Source: Bacteroidota bacterium
GTDB lineage: Bacteria > Bacteroidota > Bacteroidia > Bacteroidales > FEN-979
Direction of reading: 5' to 3'
NCBI GenBank assembly: GCA_016868575.1
Contig: VGGL01000001.1
Location: 20,995 to 84,994, forward strand
Length of the DNA stretch: 64,000 bases
The notes beneath the pieces are model-generated. The model did not search any database. It saw nothing but the letters and a program-made list of their open reading frames with translations, and had not been told where the DNA came from. Shown in pieces: positions 18,151 through 28,396 of this stretch (its first letter is position 1; the number at the start of each line of letters is the position of its first letter). The translations under genes were made by a program, and so were the position numbers.

Positions 18151-21100
18151 ATGCATGGTATGTTTCGAAATTTACTACTTACTATTGGAATCGTACTGAC
18201 AGCCAACCTGTTGGTTTTCTCACAGGGCTCAGGCGCCCTGAAAGGAAGAATAACCGATAAGGAAACCCGGGAACCCATTGCCTTCGCCAACATTATCGTT
18301 CAGGTAGGCGGGGTACAACAAGGAGGGAGCATGTCTGACTTTGACGGGAACTACCTGATCAAGCCGGTACCTCCCGGAAAGGTCGATGTAACCGCCACCT
18401 ATGTCGGGTACAAGGGCATAACCATCAAAGGGGTTGTTATTGCTGTCGACAAGATCACCTTCCTGGACCTGGAAATGGAGGCCACTTCACTCAATTTAAC
18501 TGAAACTGAGATAATTGATTACAAAGTGCCGTTGATTTCCAAAGACCAGACTTCATCCGGCGGAACGGTCACTTCCGAAGAAATCGACAAAATGCCGAAT
18601 AAATCGGCTGCCTCCGTTGCCACCACCATTGGTGGTGTGCAAACCGATGCCAACGGGAACATTACGAGTCTCCGGGGTCAACGGGAATCAGGAACCGTTT
18701 ATTACATCGATGGGGTGCGCGTGATCGGAAGCCTTGCCCTTCCGCAATCTGCCATCGAGCAGGTTGACGTTGTTCTGGGTGGTACACCGGCCGCTTATGG
18801 TGATGCCACCGGCGGTATCATCAGCGTTACAACCCGTGGTCCCTCCAAGGAACTTCATGCAGGATTTGAACTTCAGACCTCACAGTTTCTGGATAAATTC
18901 GGATATAACCGCGTGGGATTGAACCTTAATGGCCCTCTCTTCTCCAAGAAAGATACATCTGGCAATAAAACGCCTATCGTCGGGTACTTCATCGCCGGCG
19001 ACTTTATCTATCAGAAAGATGGTGCACCCAATGCCACAGGTATCTGGAAAGTGAAAGATGATGTACTCGAAGACCTGGAAAAATATCCACTCCGCTTGTC
19101 AGGAACAGGTGAGGGGGGGGTGTATTACAACGCCGAATACCTGACCAAGAACGACCTGGAAAAAGTCTCCAACACACAGAATACAAGGAATATCGATGTG
19201 AACATGTCGGGAAAACTCGATTTTCGTCTCTCCAAAACCATCAACATGGCCATTGGTGGAACATTTGTCTATTCTGACAATTACGATTTCATCTATGGGT
19301 ACTCCCTGATGAACTACAAGAACAATCCCCACTCCACCGATATGACATGGCGTATCAATGGAAGACTAACCCAGCGGTTCCCAACCTCACCTGACAGTAA
19401 ATCACTGATTAAGAATATTTACTATACCCTCTCTGCCGACTATACCAAGCGAAACTTCAAACGGGAAGATGCCAACCACCAGGATGACCTTTTTAAATAT
19501 GGCTATGTCGGGAAATTCAGTTCCCACACTATTCGCGCGTATACGCCTGAAAAACAACTTGATACGGTAACAGGGAAATTCGCTTTTATCCAGAATGGTT
19601 TCAGGGATACACTCCTGGCTTTCGAATGGAAAGACATCAACCCGGAACTTGCCAACTGGACTGCCCAGTATTACAGCTTCTTTGACAGCCCGATTGGTCA
19701 CTATCAAAACTGGGATGAAGTGGTTGGAGGTAGAGGCTTGGTGAATGGCGTAAGACAGGATGCCGTTTACGGTGCCTGGTCAAATGCGGGCGCTCAATGG
19801 AACGGGTATAATGTAACCGATGTCAGCCAGATCGGTATCAATGCTTTTGTTGCCTTGGATATTGGAAATAATGAAATCCAGGCAGGCTTCCAGTACCAAC
19901 AAAGGTCATCCAGCGGATATGGGTATTCTCCCATCTCCCTCTGGAACATCATGCGCGGCCAAACCAACTTCCATCTCCGTGAACTGGATGTAACCCATCC
20001 CCGGTTGGTATACCGCGATGGTGTATTTATGGATACCATTTATTACTTCAGAAAGTACGCTGATGTGTTGCAAAGGAATTTTGATATCAACCTCCGGAAA
20101 AAACTGGGCCTGCGTATTGACGGCACTGACTGGATTGATATCAACTCCTACGATTTTGACAACAATTCCATCCAATACTTTGACGAAAACCAGGTGGCCC
20201 ATACCATCTATCTGAATGACAACCTGTTCACCATTGATATGTTCAGTGCAGATGAATTGCTCAATGGCGGGGATAACCTGGTTAATTACTATGGATATGA
20301 TTACACCGGGAAAAAACTTAAAAATAAACCTTCCTTCAACGATTTCTTCCTGAAGAAGGATGCGAATGGAAATTATACCCGTGACATTGGGGCTTACGAA
20401 CCCATCTATATTGCAGGTTTCATCCAGGATAAATTTGCGTTCCGCGACCTGATCTTCAACATCGGTGTACGTGTCGATCGGTTCGACGCCAACCAGATGG
20501 TACTGAAAGATCCTTATCTTTTCAATGAAGCTTTTACCGCCGATAAGGTTACGGAAGTCGGTGGATTACAGGTCAACCACCCGGGGAATATTGGCAATGA
20601 CTATGTGGTGTATGTTGACAATGTGGATAATCCTGCCACCATTACCGGGTACCGGTTTGAAGACAAATGGTATAATGCAGAAGGTTCCGTTATCTCCGAT
20701 CCACGTGTATTGGACAAAGGGTCGGGTGTTTCACCATACCTCCGGAACCCAAGTGATAAGTCAATTAAGCCAGATGTTTTCAAGGATTACGAACCGCAAA
20801 CCAACATCATGCCTCGTATTGCCTTCTCGTTCCCGATCTCTGATGAAGCCCTGTTCTATGCACACTATGATATTCTTACTCAGCGTCCAACCGGCCTTGT
20901 CCAGGTTGATCCAATCAGTTATTACTTCATCAAAAATGCAGGCGCCGCTGCCATCAACAACCCCAACCTGAAACCTGAAAAGACCATCGATTATGAATTG
21001 GGCTTTCAGCAAAAAGTGAGTAATACATCATCCCTGAAACTCAGCGTCTTCTACCGTGAAATGCGCGACCAGATCCAGGCTTTCCGTTTCACCGGAGCCT

Positions 21101-21855
21101 ATCCATTTACATATTATTCTTATAATAATATAGATTTTGGAACTGTGAAGGGATTGACCATCACCTATGATTTGCGTAGAAGTGGCAACGCCCGTGTAAG
21201 GGCCAGCTATACCCTGCAGTTTGCAGATGGTACCGGCTCCGATGCCAACACAGCTTTCAATCTGATCCGGTCAGATCAGCCCAACCTTCGGACCTTGAAC
21301 CCCCTCTCCTTCGACCGCCGTCACCAGTTTAACATTGACATTGACTACCGGTTTGGCGAAGGAAAAGAATATAACGGTCCAAGATCGAACCGGGTAAAAA
21401 GCGGTAAGAGGCCCATTGACTGGTTGCAGAATACAGGCATCCACATCACCCTTACCGGTGGTTCGGGAACACCTTACACCAAGTCAAGCGAAATCATGCC
21501 TTTTGGCGGCATGGGACCAATCAGCGGTTCGGTGAACGGTTCCCGTCTTCCCTGGCAGTTCCACGTGAACGCTCGTCTTGACAGAGATATCAGCCTCGGG
21601 AAAAAGAAACAAACCTTCCTGAATATTTACCTCGAAGCGCTCAACGTTTTCAACACGAAAAATGTCACCGGTGTGTATCCTGCAACAGGCGTTGCAGATG
21701 ATGACGGCTATCTCGCCGCAGCTGAATTCCAGCAACAGATCAACCAGCAACAGAACCCACAGTCATATCGTGACCTTTACTCCATCTTTATTGCCAATCC
21801 TTATAACTACAGCACACCTCGTCAAGTTCGTCTGGGATTATCACTTAATTTCTAA
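18151..21855 (+). CDS. Large TonB-dependent-receptor-like outer membrane barrel with an N-terminal CarboxypepD_reg domain.
   Basis: Signal peptide ending VFS|QG. GRITDKETREPIAFANIIV is CarboxypepD_reg-like. Plug motifs are present (YYIDGVRV ... IEQVDVVLGGTPAAYGDATGGIISVTTRGP). The C-terminus is barrel-type, ending RLGLSLNF. Confidence 0.75.
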   Translation: MHGMFRNLLLTIGIVLTANLLVFSQGSGALKGRITDKETREPIAFANIIVQVGGVQQGGSMSDFDGNYLIKPVPPGKVDVTATYVGYKGITIKGVVIAVDKITFLDLEMEATSLNLTETEIIDYKVPLISKDQTSSGGTVTSEEIDKMPNKSAASVATTIGGVQTDANGNITSLRGQRESGTVYYIDGVRVIGSLALPQSAIEQVDVVLGGTPAAYGDATGGIISVTTRGPSKELHAGFELQTSQFLDKFGYNRVGLNLNGPLFSKKDTSGNKTPIVGYFIAGDFIYQKDGAPNATGIWKVKDDVLEDLEKYPLRLSGTGEGGVYYNAEYLTKNDLEKVSNTQNTRNIDVNMSGKLDFRLSKTINMAIGGTFVYSDNYDFIYGYSLMNYKNNPHSTDMTWRINGRLTQRFPTSPDSKSLIKNIYYTLSADYTKRNFKREDANHQDDLFKYGYVGKFSSHTIRAYTPEKQLDTVTGKFAFIQNGFRDTLLAFEWKDINPELANWTAQYYSFFDSPIGHYQNWDEVVGGRGLVNGVRQDAVYGAWSNAGAQWNGYNVTDVSQIGINAFVALDIGNNEIQAGFQYQQRSSSGYGYSPISLWNIMRGQTNFHLRELDVTHPRLVYRDGVFMDTIYYFRKYADVLQRNFDINLRKKLGLRIDGTDWIDINSYDFDNNSIQYFDENQVAHTIYLNDNLFTIDMFSADELLNGGDNLVNYYGYDYTGKKLKNKPSFNDFFLKKDANGNYTRDIGAYEPIYIAGFIQDKFAFRDLIFNIGVRVDRFDANQMVLKDPYLFNEAFTADKVTEVGGLQVNHPGNIGNDYVVYVDNVDNPATITGYRFEDKWYNAEGSVISDPRVLDKGSGVSPYLRNPSDKSIKPDVFKDYEPQTNIMPRIAFSFPISDEALFYAHYDILTQRPTGLVQVDPISYYFIKNAGAAAINNPNLKPEKTIDYELGFQQKVSNTSSLKLSVFYREMRDQIQAFRFTGAYPFTYYSYNNIDFGTVKGLTITYDLRRSGNARVRASYTLQFADGTGSDANTAFNLIRSDQPNLRTLNPLSFDRRHQFNIDIDYRFGEGKEYNGPRSNRVKSGKRPIDWLQNTGIHITLTGGSGTPYTKSSEIMPFGGMGPISGSVNGSRLPWQFHVNARLDRDISLGKKKQTFLNIYLEALNVFNTKNVTGVYPATGVADDDGYLAAAEFQQQINQQQNPQSYRDLYSIFIANPYNYSTPRQVRLGLSLNF

Positions 21856-21878
21856 CAGGCATTTGAAAGGAATATAAT

Positions 21879-24800
21879 ATGATAACAATAAATACAACCG
21901 CAATGAAAAACATTCTCCGACTGACTTTCCTCTCGCTGTTCCTCGTTGCAGTAGCCCATCCCGGGATGTCACGGGAGGTCATCAAAAAGACTGGAACCAA
22001 GAGCACCAATTCAATCAAGTCGACCACAGCCGGATGTCAACCGGGTTCTGCTTATAAATACCTTGACATTAACAACGTCAGAACATTGATCTATTCTTAT
22101 GGGAACATGTGGTTTTTGGAAAATGCCGAATATGAAATTCCCAAAGGATCCCGGAAAATGTCGATGTTCTCTGCCTCTCTCTGGATTGGTGGTATCGATG
22201 TGAACAACAACCTGAAACTCGCCGCATACAAATTTGGACAGGGACCTACTGGAGGACCGGCACACACCAAAAACGATTTCTGGCCAGGACCTCTCAGCAT
22301 CGACGGCAATGCTGCCGTGGATGAGGAAACATGCGCCAAACATGACAAGCTGTATCCCATTACCCGTGCTGAGGTCAATGAATATCTGGCCTGGTGGAAT
22401 AGCAAGGATGAGTTCCCGAATTATGTGATTCCCAACTCCATCAAGGAGTGGCCGGCCCACGGGGATGCTTCTAAAAATCAAGCAAAGTTCCTTGCACCCT
22501 TCTTTGACCGGGCCGGCGACTATGTGTATGACCCGGAAGATGGCGATTATCCCTACTATGATCTGGCTAATGAGCTTTGCCCGCGAAACCTGAAACCGGG
22601 TGAACGGATAAAACGTGCTCCTCTTGGCAATGGCGGGCCTACAGATACGCTCGGTATCCTCGTTGACCAGGTGATCAAGGGAGACCAAACCCTGTGGAGC
22701 GTTTTCAACGACAAAGGCGGTTTTCACTCAGAAACTGAAGGTGAACCCATCGGAATGGAGATCCGGGGGCAAGCTTTTGCCTTTGCCACCAACGATGAGA
22801 TCAATAACATGACATTTTACAGTTTCGAGTTGATCAACCGTTCAACATTCACTCTTACAGGCACTTACTTCTCTCAATGGGTTGACCCTGATCTTGGTTT
22901 TGCGGAAGATGATTATGTTGGATGTGATGTTGGCCGCGGCCTTGGGTATTGCTACAATGGCAATCCTGTTGACGGAACAGGCCAAGTGCAAGCCTACGGC
23001 GCGCACCCACCGGCAGTCGGTGTCGACTTTTTCCAGGGTCCCTATGTCGACCCTGATGGTTATGACAACCCTGCTTTCCGTGGTTCCAATGCTAAAGGAC
23101 CTTCATTCCTGGGCAGTTGCAACATCGTAGCGCTTAACAACACCATGCATTACATGGAATGGGGAACAGGAAGTGGAGAAGTGCTCGTTATGGCTGAAGC
23201 CATCAATGGTATCAACTTCGGCGATGGCATTATCGATAACGAACGTTTCGGGATGCGCCGGTTTGTTTATCATAACAACCCAATGGCCGGTGTTCCACTT
23301 TATATGGGAGATCCTGATTATGCTCCTGAATATTACTTGTTTCTACGTGGTATCTGGAAAGATAATGTGAAAATGCAGTATGGTGGAAATGCCCACCCGA
23401 CTGCCGGCGGATATGGTCCAAACTGTGACTTCATGTTCCCGGGAGATTCTGATATCTGCGACTGGGGAACCAATGGTCAACCCCCGAACGGCCCGAGATA
23501 TTGGACAGAGGAAACAGCCAATAATAACCCAAGAGACCGCCGTTTTATGCAATCTGCCGGACCTTTTACTTTACAACCTGGCGCTTGTAACTATATTACC
23601 GTCGGTATTCCCTGGGCCCGGGCTATTTCCGGAACACCTTTCGAGTCTGTCGAACTACTCCGTATCGTCGACGACCTTTGTCAAAGCCTCTTCGATAACT
23701 GCTTCGCCGTTCTCAACGGACCCAATGCTCCTGACATAACCATTGAAGAACTTGACAAAGAACTGATCATCTATCTTACTAACCGGAAGACCAATGATGC
23801 AGGGAACAATTACCAGGAAAAATACGTTGAATTTGATCCCAATATCCCCAACCCGGAAGGCCAATCTCCAAGAAATGACTCGCTCTACCGCTTTGAAGGA
23901 TACCAAATCTACCAATTTAAGGACGCTACCGTCAGCATCGCAGACCTGAATGACCAGAGCAAAGCCCGTCTTGTCGCCCAATGCGATATTAAAAATGGCA
24001 TAACCAAACTGGTTAACTGGACTTTTGACCAGTCCCTCGGGGGAAATAAGGGTGAAGTGATGGTGGATGGTACGGACAGGGGCATTAAACATGCCTTCCG
24101 CTTAACAGAAGATGCTTTCGCTACAGGGGACAAACGACTCATCAACCATAAACAATATTACTTCACGGTTGTTGCCTATGCCTACAATGAGTTCAAGAAG
24201 TACGATCCCTTAACTGCTGCCGGACTTGATGGTCAAAAGATTCCATACCTTCGTGGCCGTAGCAACATTAAAACCTACACTGCCATTCCTCACATTTCTG
24301 TAGGGCAATATCTGCAAAGCGCCTTTGGAGATGGTCCTCGGATCACCCGCATCCAGGGACAAGGAAACGGAGGGATGATCCTCGATATGACCCAGGCTAC
24401 GATTGCTGAGATCCTTTCCAAGCCACCTGCTGACAGTTTGAACCAGTACGGTGGCCCAAACTACCCGATCAGCTACAACCCGGAATACAAGAACGGTATG
24501 GGCCCGCTGAACGTGAAAGTAATCGACCCGCTCAACGTTGTCAAAGGGGAATTTACGGTGAAACTTGACTCAATGAAAGCAGCTACTTCCGACTATTTTA
24601 TCAACTCCAGAATTAAATTCGGCAAATGGACACTGACCGATAATTCAACCGGCATATCTTACCGTTCAGACACAACCACCATCTATCCTTACGAGCAATT
24701 ATTCCTGGATCTTGGACTTGCACTCACCGTCAACCAGGTACCCTACCCTGGCGACACCCTTGGCAACGGATCGTTTTTAGAAGAGAACGGTCTGATCTGG

Positions 24801-26213
24801 GCTCCTTCAGCCCTCTATAATGACAGCACAAATCTCTGGCTCAGTGGCGTACCTGACAACGATGTGCCAGCCAGCGCTGCCAACTGGATTCGATCAGGAA
24901 CATACAAAGGCGATGAACCTGCATACTACGACTGGAATATGGGAGCCGATGAACCCTGGGATCCTAATAACAACTACGAAAAGATACAGGGAGGTACCTG
25001 GGCCCCTTATGGTTTGTGTGCTTACGCTGATCAGCAGACAATTCCCCCAACCGGGCTAAACAAAGTGGGGCCTGCATACAACAAAATATCTAAGGAAAAT
25101 TCTACTATGGATAACCTTTGTAGCGTGGATATTGTCTTTACACCAGACAAGCAAAAATGGACCCGTTGCGTGGTAATTGAGATGTGCCCGAATGATCAGC
25201 TATCTCAGGGAAATGCCAAACAGTTCTCAGTCAGGAAAGCGCCATCGGTGAACGTGGATGGTCTGGCAGGTGAGATCAGCGCTGACCCGCTCTACAATTC
25301 AAACTACATTGACAGCGTGGGAATGAGTTGGTTCCCGGGATATGCCATTAACCTCGAAACAGGAGAAAGGCTGAATATTATTTTCAGTGAAAACTCGTGG
25401 TTGGTTGGCCATAATGGCCGGGATATGATCTTCAACCCCTCTGCCAACGTCTATGATGTTGCCGGAAACCCGGTATTTGGCGGACAACATTATGTTTACA
25501 TCATGAATCATATCAGTTACAGCTCCAATGCAATCAACCTCGACTTCCCTGCTTATGATGCTGGATCCTACATTCGGAAGACACTTCTCAAGACACCTTC
25601 ATCGGTTTATTGGGGCTTTACTTACGCCAGCGCAGCATGGGTTGGTATGCCATTGTCGGTGGAGGATGAACAATGGCTTGGAAATCAGGTAACCATTAAA
25701 ATCAGGGTTGCCAAACCCTATCAACCCTACTATAGCATGCCTTTACCTGTTGGTTCAACGGATACTCTCAACAAGAATAACCCTGTATATACTTTCTCCA
25801 CCGATGGTATTGAAACCGTTCATAACAGCGTGGAAAAAGGGAAGACGGACCTCGACCTGGTCAATGTAGTACCCAATCCCTACTACGCTTATTCCGATTA
25901 CGAAAGAAACCAGCTTGATAACCGCATCAAGATCACAAATCTACCCGAAAAATGTACCGTCACGATCTATGATGTAAGCGGTACATTGATACGTCAGTTC
26001 AAAGTCGATAAAGGCGGGGTTACCCTGCCACGTTCTTCAACACTCGGTTTGAATACCGAAGCGAAGACATCCATCGACTGGGATCTGAAGAATTTTGCCG
26101 GCATTCCAATTTCCGGCGGTGTGTTCCTCATCCATGTGAAAGCCGATGGCTTGGGAGAAAGAACCCTGAAATGGTTCGGCATCCTTCGTCCTGTTGACTT
26201 AAACTCATTCTAA
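21879..26213 (+). CDS. Very large secreted hypothetical protein (1444 aa) with a divergent T9SS-CTD-like C-terminal domain.
   Basis: Signal peptide MKNILRLTFLSLFLVAVA (alternative start ATG at 21903). The last ~117 aa read VPNPYYAYSDYERNQLDNRIKITNLPEKCTVTIYDVSGTLIRQF...GVFLIHVKADGLGERTLKWFGILRPVDLNSF. The gene starts 23 nt after the upstream gene. Confidence 0.7.
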   Translation: MITINTTAMKNILRLTFLSLFLVAVAHPGMSREVIKKTGTKSTNSIKSTTAGCQPGSAYKYLDINNVRTLIYSYGNMWFLENAEYEIPKGSRKMSMFSASLWIGGIDVNNNLKLAAYKFGQGPTGGPAHTKNDFWPGPLSIDGNAAVDEETCAKHDKLYPITRAEVNEYLAWWNSKDEFPNYVIPNSIKEWPAHGDASKNQAKFLAPFFDRAGDYVYDPEDGDYPYYDLANELCPRNLKPGERIKRAPLGNGGPTDTLGILVDQVIKGDQTLWSVFNDKGGFHSETEGEPIGMEIRGQAFAFATNDEINNMTFYSFELINRSTFTLTGTYFSQWVDPDLGFAEDDYVGCDVGRGLGYCYNGNPVDGTGQVQAYGAHPPAVGVDFFQGPYVDPDGYDNPAFRGSNAKGPSFLGSCNIVALNNTMHYMEWGTGSGEVLVMAEAINGINFGDGIIDNERFGMRRFVYHNNPMAGVPLYMGDPDYAPEYYLFLRGIWKDNVKMQYGGNAHPTAGGYGPNCDFMFPGDSDICDWGTNGQPPNGPRYWTEETANNNPRDRRFMQSAGPFTLQPGACNYITVGIPWARAISGTPFESVELLRIVDDLCQSLFDNCFAVLNGPNAPDITIEELDKELIIYLTNRKTNDAGNNYQEKYVEFDPNIPNPEGQSPRNDSLYRFEGYQIYQFKDATVSIADLNDQSKARLVAQCDIKNGITKLVNWTFDQSLGGNKGEVMVDGTDRGIKHAFRLTEDAFATGDKRLINHKQYYFTVVAYAYNEFKKYDPLTAAGLDGQKIPYLRGRSNIKTYTAIPHISVGQYLQSAFGDGPRITRIQGQGNGGMILDMTQATIAEILSKPPADSLNQYGGPNYPISYNPEYKNGMGPLNVKVIDPLNVVKGEFTVKLDSMKAATSDYFINSRIKFGKWTLTDNSTGISYRSDTTTIYPYEQLFLDLGLALTVNQVPYPGDTLGNGSFLEENGLIWAPSALYNDSTNLWLSGVPDNDVPASAANWIRSGTYKGDEPAYYDWNMGADEPWDPNNNYEKIQGGTWAPYGLCAYADQQTIPPTGLNKVGPAYNKISKENSTMDNLCSVDIVFTPDKQKWTRCVVIEMCPNDQLSQGNAKQFSVRKAPSVNVDGLAGEISADPLYNSNYIDSVGMSWFPGYAINLETGERLNIIFSENSWLVGHNGRDMIFNPSANVYDVAGNPVFGGQHYVYIMNHISYSSNAINLDFPAYDAGSYIRKTLLKTPSSVYWGFTYASAAWVGMPLSVEDEQWLGNQVTIKIRVAKPYQPYYSMPLPVGSTDTLNKNNPVYTFSTDGIETVHNSVEKGKTDLDLVNVVPNPYYAYSDYERNQLDNRIKITNLPEKCTVTIYDVSGTLIRQFKVDKGGVTLPRSSTLGLNTEAKTSIDWDLKNFAGIPISGGVFLIHVKADGLGERTLKWFGILRPVDLNSF

Positions 26214-26234
26214 TTCTAACAGCTGAAAAAAGTC

Positions 26235-27335
26235 ATGAAAACAATAAAAATCAACAATATGAGAAGCATATTACAGAGCCTGGCTGCCATGTCACTCATC
26301 CTCGTGATGATCGCATCAGTCCAACCCACACAGGCGGGAAACAAGGACCGGTCAGGTCAGGCTGGAGCTGCCGAATTATTGATCAATCCATGGGCACGCA
26401 GCACCGGATGGGGAAGCGCAGGAACAGCCTGTACCATTGGCCTGGAAGGTATGTATACCAATATTGCAGGAACCGCCTTCACCACAGGTACGGAGTTGAT
26501 CTTCAGCTATACTGACTGGCTCAAAGGCACCGGTATCAACATCATGGCCTTCGGTTTAAGTCAAAAGCTTGGCGAAGACAAGGGCGTGCTGAGCATCGGT
26601 ATCATGAACATGTCATTTGGCGAAGTTGAAATCACCACTACGAACCTTCCCGAAGGAGGGATTGGTAAGTTTAAACCGAGTTACCTGAATATCAACATTG
26701 GTTACGCCAAAGCATTCAGTAACAGTATTTATGGTGGTTTGAACCTGAAGATCATCAGCGAATCCATCGCCGACGCCAGCGCCCAGGGCTTAGCCCTGGA
26801 TGCTGGTATACAGTACGTAACGGGTGAACGCGAGAATATCAAGTTCGGCGTTGCACTGAAAAACGTTGGCCCGCAGATGCGGTTCAAGGGTGATGGGTTG
26901 ACCTTCCGGGGAATCATCCCCAGTCATGGCAACGACAATGACCAGTTTACCGTATCACATCGTTCCCAAAACTACGAACTGCCGGCAACTCTTCGCATTG
27001 GTGCTGCCTATGATTTTCTGATGGGAGAGATGCACCGCCTCACCGTGGCTGGAAATTTCACATCCAACTCATTCGTGAAAGACCAAATTACTGTCGGGCT
27101 TGAATATAGCCTGAAATACTACCTTCAACTGCGGGCAGCCTATACTTACCAGGATGGAATTTTCGGAGCTACCGTTGAAGACCGCGGGACTGTCTTTACA
27201 GGACCCAGCGCCGGATTTACCGTGTCTGTTCCCTTCAACAAGGAAAAGAACACCGGGATCGCCATCGACTATTCATACAATGCTACCGATCCATTTCAGG
27301 GCAACCACGCCGTGGGCTTGAAATTTAATTTTTAG
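26235..27335 (+). CDS. PorV/PorQ-family-like outer membrane beta-barrel.
   Basis: A signal peptide is followed by GAAELLINPWARSTGWGSAGTA, which parallels the PorV N-terminal FLxIxxDARxxGMGDxGVA block. Alternating beta-strand pattern throughout, with a C-terminal aromatic end (GLKFNF). The gene starts 21 nt after the upstream gene. Confidence 0.6.
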   Translation: MKTIKINNMRSILQSLAAMSLILVMIASVQPTQAGNKDRSGQAGAAELLINPWARSTGWGSAGTACTIGLEGMYTNIAGTAFTTGTELIFSYTDWLKGTGINIMAFGLSQKLGEDKGVLSIGIMNMSFGEVEITTTNLPEGGIGKFKPSYLNINIGYAKAFSNSIYGGLNLKIISESIADASAQGLALDAGIQYVTGERENIKFGVALKNVGPQMRFKGDGLTFRGIIPSHGNDNDQFTVSHRSQNYELPATLRIGAAYDFLMGEMHRLTVAGNFTSNSFVKDQITVGLEYSLKYYLQLRAAYTYQDGIFGATVEDRGTVFTGPSAGFTVSVPFNKEKNTGIAIDYSYNATDPFQGNHAVGLKFNF

Positions 27336-27427
27336 CGCTTAGAAGAACCTTTACAAACGGAATAGATTTTTTTCAGAGTTGGGCAAAGAGCAATGCTTTT
27401 TGCTCAATTCCTTTTAATAATCAATGA

Positions 27428-27494
27428 CCTCACCCCTTTCTCCCGCTCACAGATTCCTGCTTTCACAGGAGCCTAAGCGGAGAGGGGATAGGAG
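27428..27494. repeat. Compound GC-rich inverted repeat (REP-like hairpin) upstream of greA.
   Basis: The arms CCTCACCCCTTTCTCCCGCT and AGCGGAGAGGGGATAGGAG are imperfect reverse complements. They enclose an inner hairpin TCCTG-CTTTCA-CAGGA. An outer pair GCTCAATTCC / GGAGAATTGAGC extends the structure to 27401-27502. Confidence 0.65.
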
Positions 27495-27518
27495 AATTGA
27501 GCATAAATACGATCGACT

Positions 27519-27992
27519 ATGGCTGACATACAGTATTATACAGAAGAAGGGCTTGAAAAGCTGAAGCAGGAGCTGAGCCATCTGCTCACCGTGGAGCGGC
27601 CACAAATATCAAAACAAATTGCAGAGGCCCGTGATAAAGGTGACCTTTCAGAAAATGCAGAATATGCCGCGGCCAAGGAAGCACAGGGAATGCTCGAATT
27701 GAGGATATCCAAACTCCAGGAAATGATCAGTAACGTCAGGCTGATTGATGAATCTAAACTCGATAACTCAAAAATCCTGATCTTTTCTTCGGTTAAGCTT
27801 CTTAACCTTAAAACCAAGACAACCCTGACCTATAAGCTTGTCCCGGAAAGTGAATCGAATGCCCGGGAAGGAAAGATATCTGTGAATTCTCCCATCGCCA
27901 AGGGATTACTCGGAAAAACGGTGGGCGATGTAGTATCGATCGACGTTCCTGCCGGCAAAATCGAATTGGAAATCATTAACATTTCAAGATAA
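27519..27992 (+). CDS. greA: Transcription elongation factor GreA.
   Basis: 157 aa with the coiled-coil N-terminus ...ARDKGDLSENAEYAAAKEAQ... and a C-terminal FKBP-like domain. Confidence 0.95.
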   Translation: MADIQYYTEEGLEKLKQELSHLLTVERPQISKQIAEARDKGDLSENAEYAAAKEAQGMLELRISKLQEMISNVRLIDESKLDNSKILIFSSVKLLNLKTKTTLTYKLVPESESNAREGKISVNSPIAKGLLGKTVGDVVSIDVPAGKIELEIINISR

Positions 27993-27997
27993 CCCAT

Positions 27998-28396
27998 ATG
28001 GCTTCGATTTTTTCACGCATTGTGGCAGGCGAAATACCCTCCTATAAAGTTGCAGAAACAGCACATTGTTATGCTTTCCTGGATATCAATCCCCTGGTGG
28101 AGGGACATACACTGGTGATCCCCAAAAAAGAGATCGATTACCTGTTCGACCTAGAAGACCCTATCTATAACGAACTTTTCCTGTTTTCCAAAAGAATCGC
28201 TGTTGCCATTAAAAATGCTTTTCCCTGCCAGAAGGTTGGTGTGGCTGTGATCGGGTTGGAAGTTTTCCATGCCCATATTCATCTGATCCCCTTGCAAAGC
28301 ATGAGTGACATCGATTTCAAGCGACCCAAACTGAAACTGTCGCCGGAACAATTTCAATTGATAGCAGAGAAGATCAGGAAAGCACTTGGCGAATGA
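27998..28396 (+). CDS. HIT (histidine triad) family protein.
   Basis: IFSRIVAGEIPSYKV and the histidine triad HAHIHLIP. Confidence 0.9.
   Translation: MASIFSRIVAGEIPSYKVAETAHCYAFLDINPLVEGHTLVIPKKEIDYLFDLEDPIYNELFLFSKRIAVAIKNAFPCQKVGVAVIGLEVFHAHIHLIPLQSMSDIDFKRPKLKLSPEQFQLIAEKIRKALGE

Noticed and set aside
27388-27405. A possible terminator hairpin GAGCAA-TGCTTT-TTGCTC after the PorV-like gene.
   Set aside because: The stem is only 6 bp, it is AT-rich and it has no clean T-tract. It may instead be part of the larger inverted-repeat structure at 27401-27502. The evidence is too weak to annotate.
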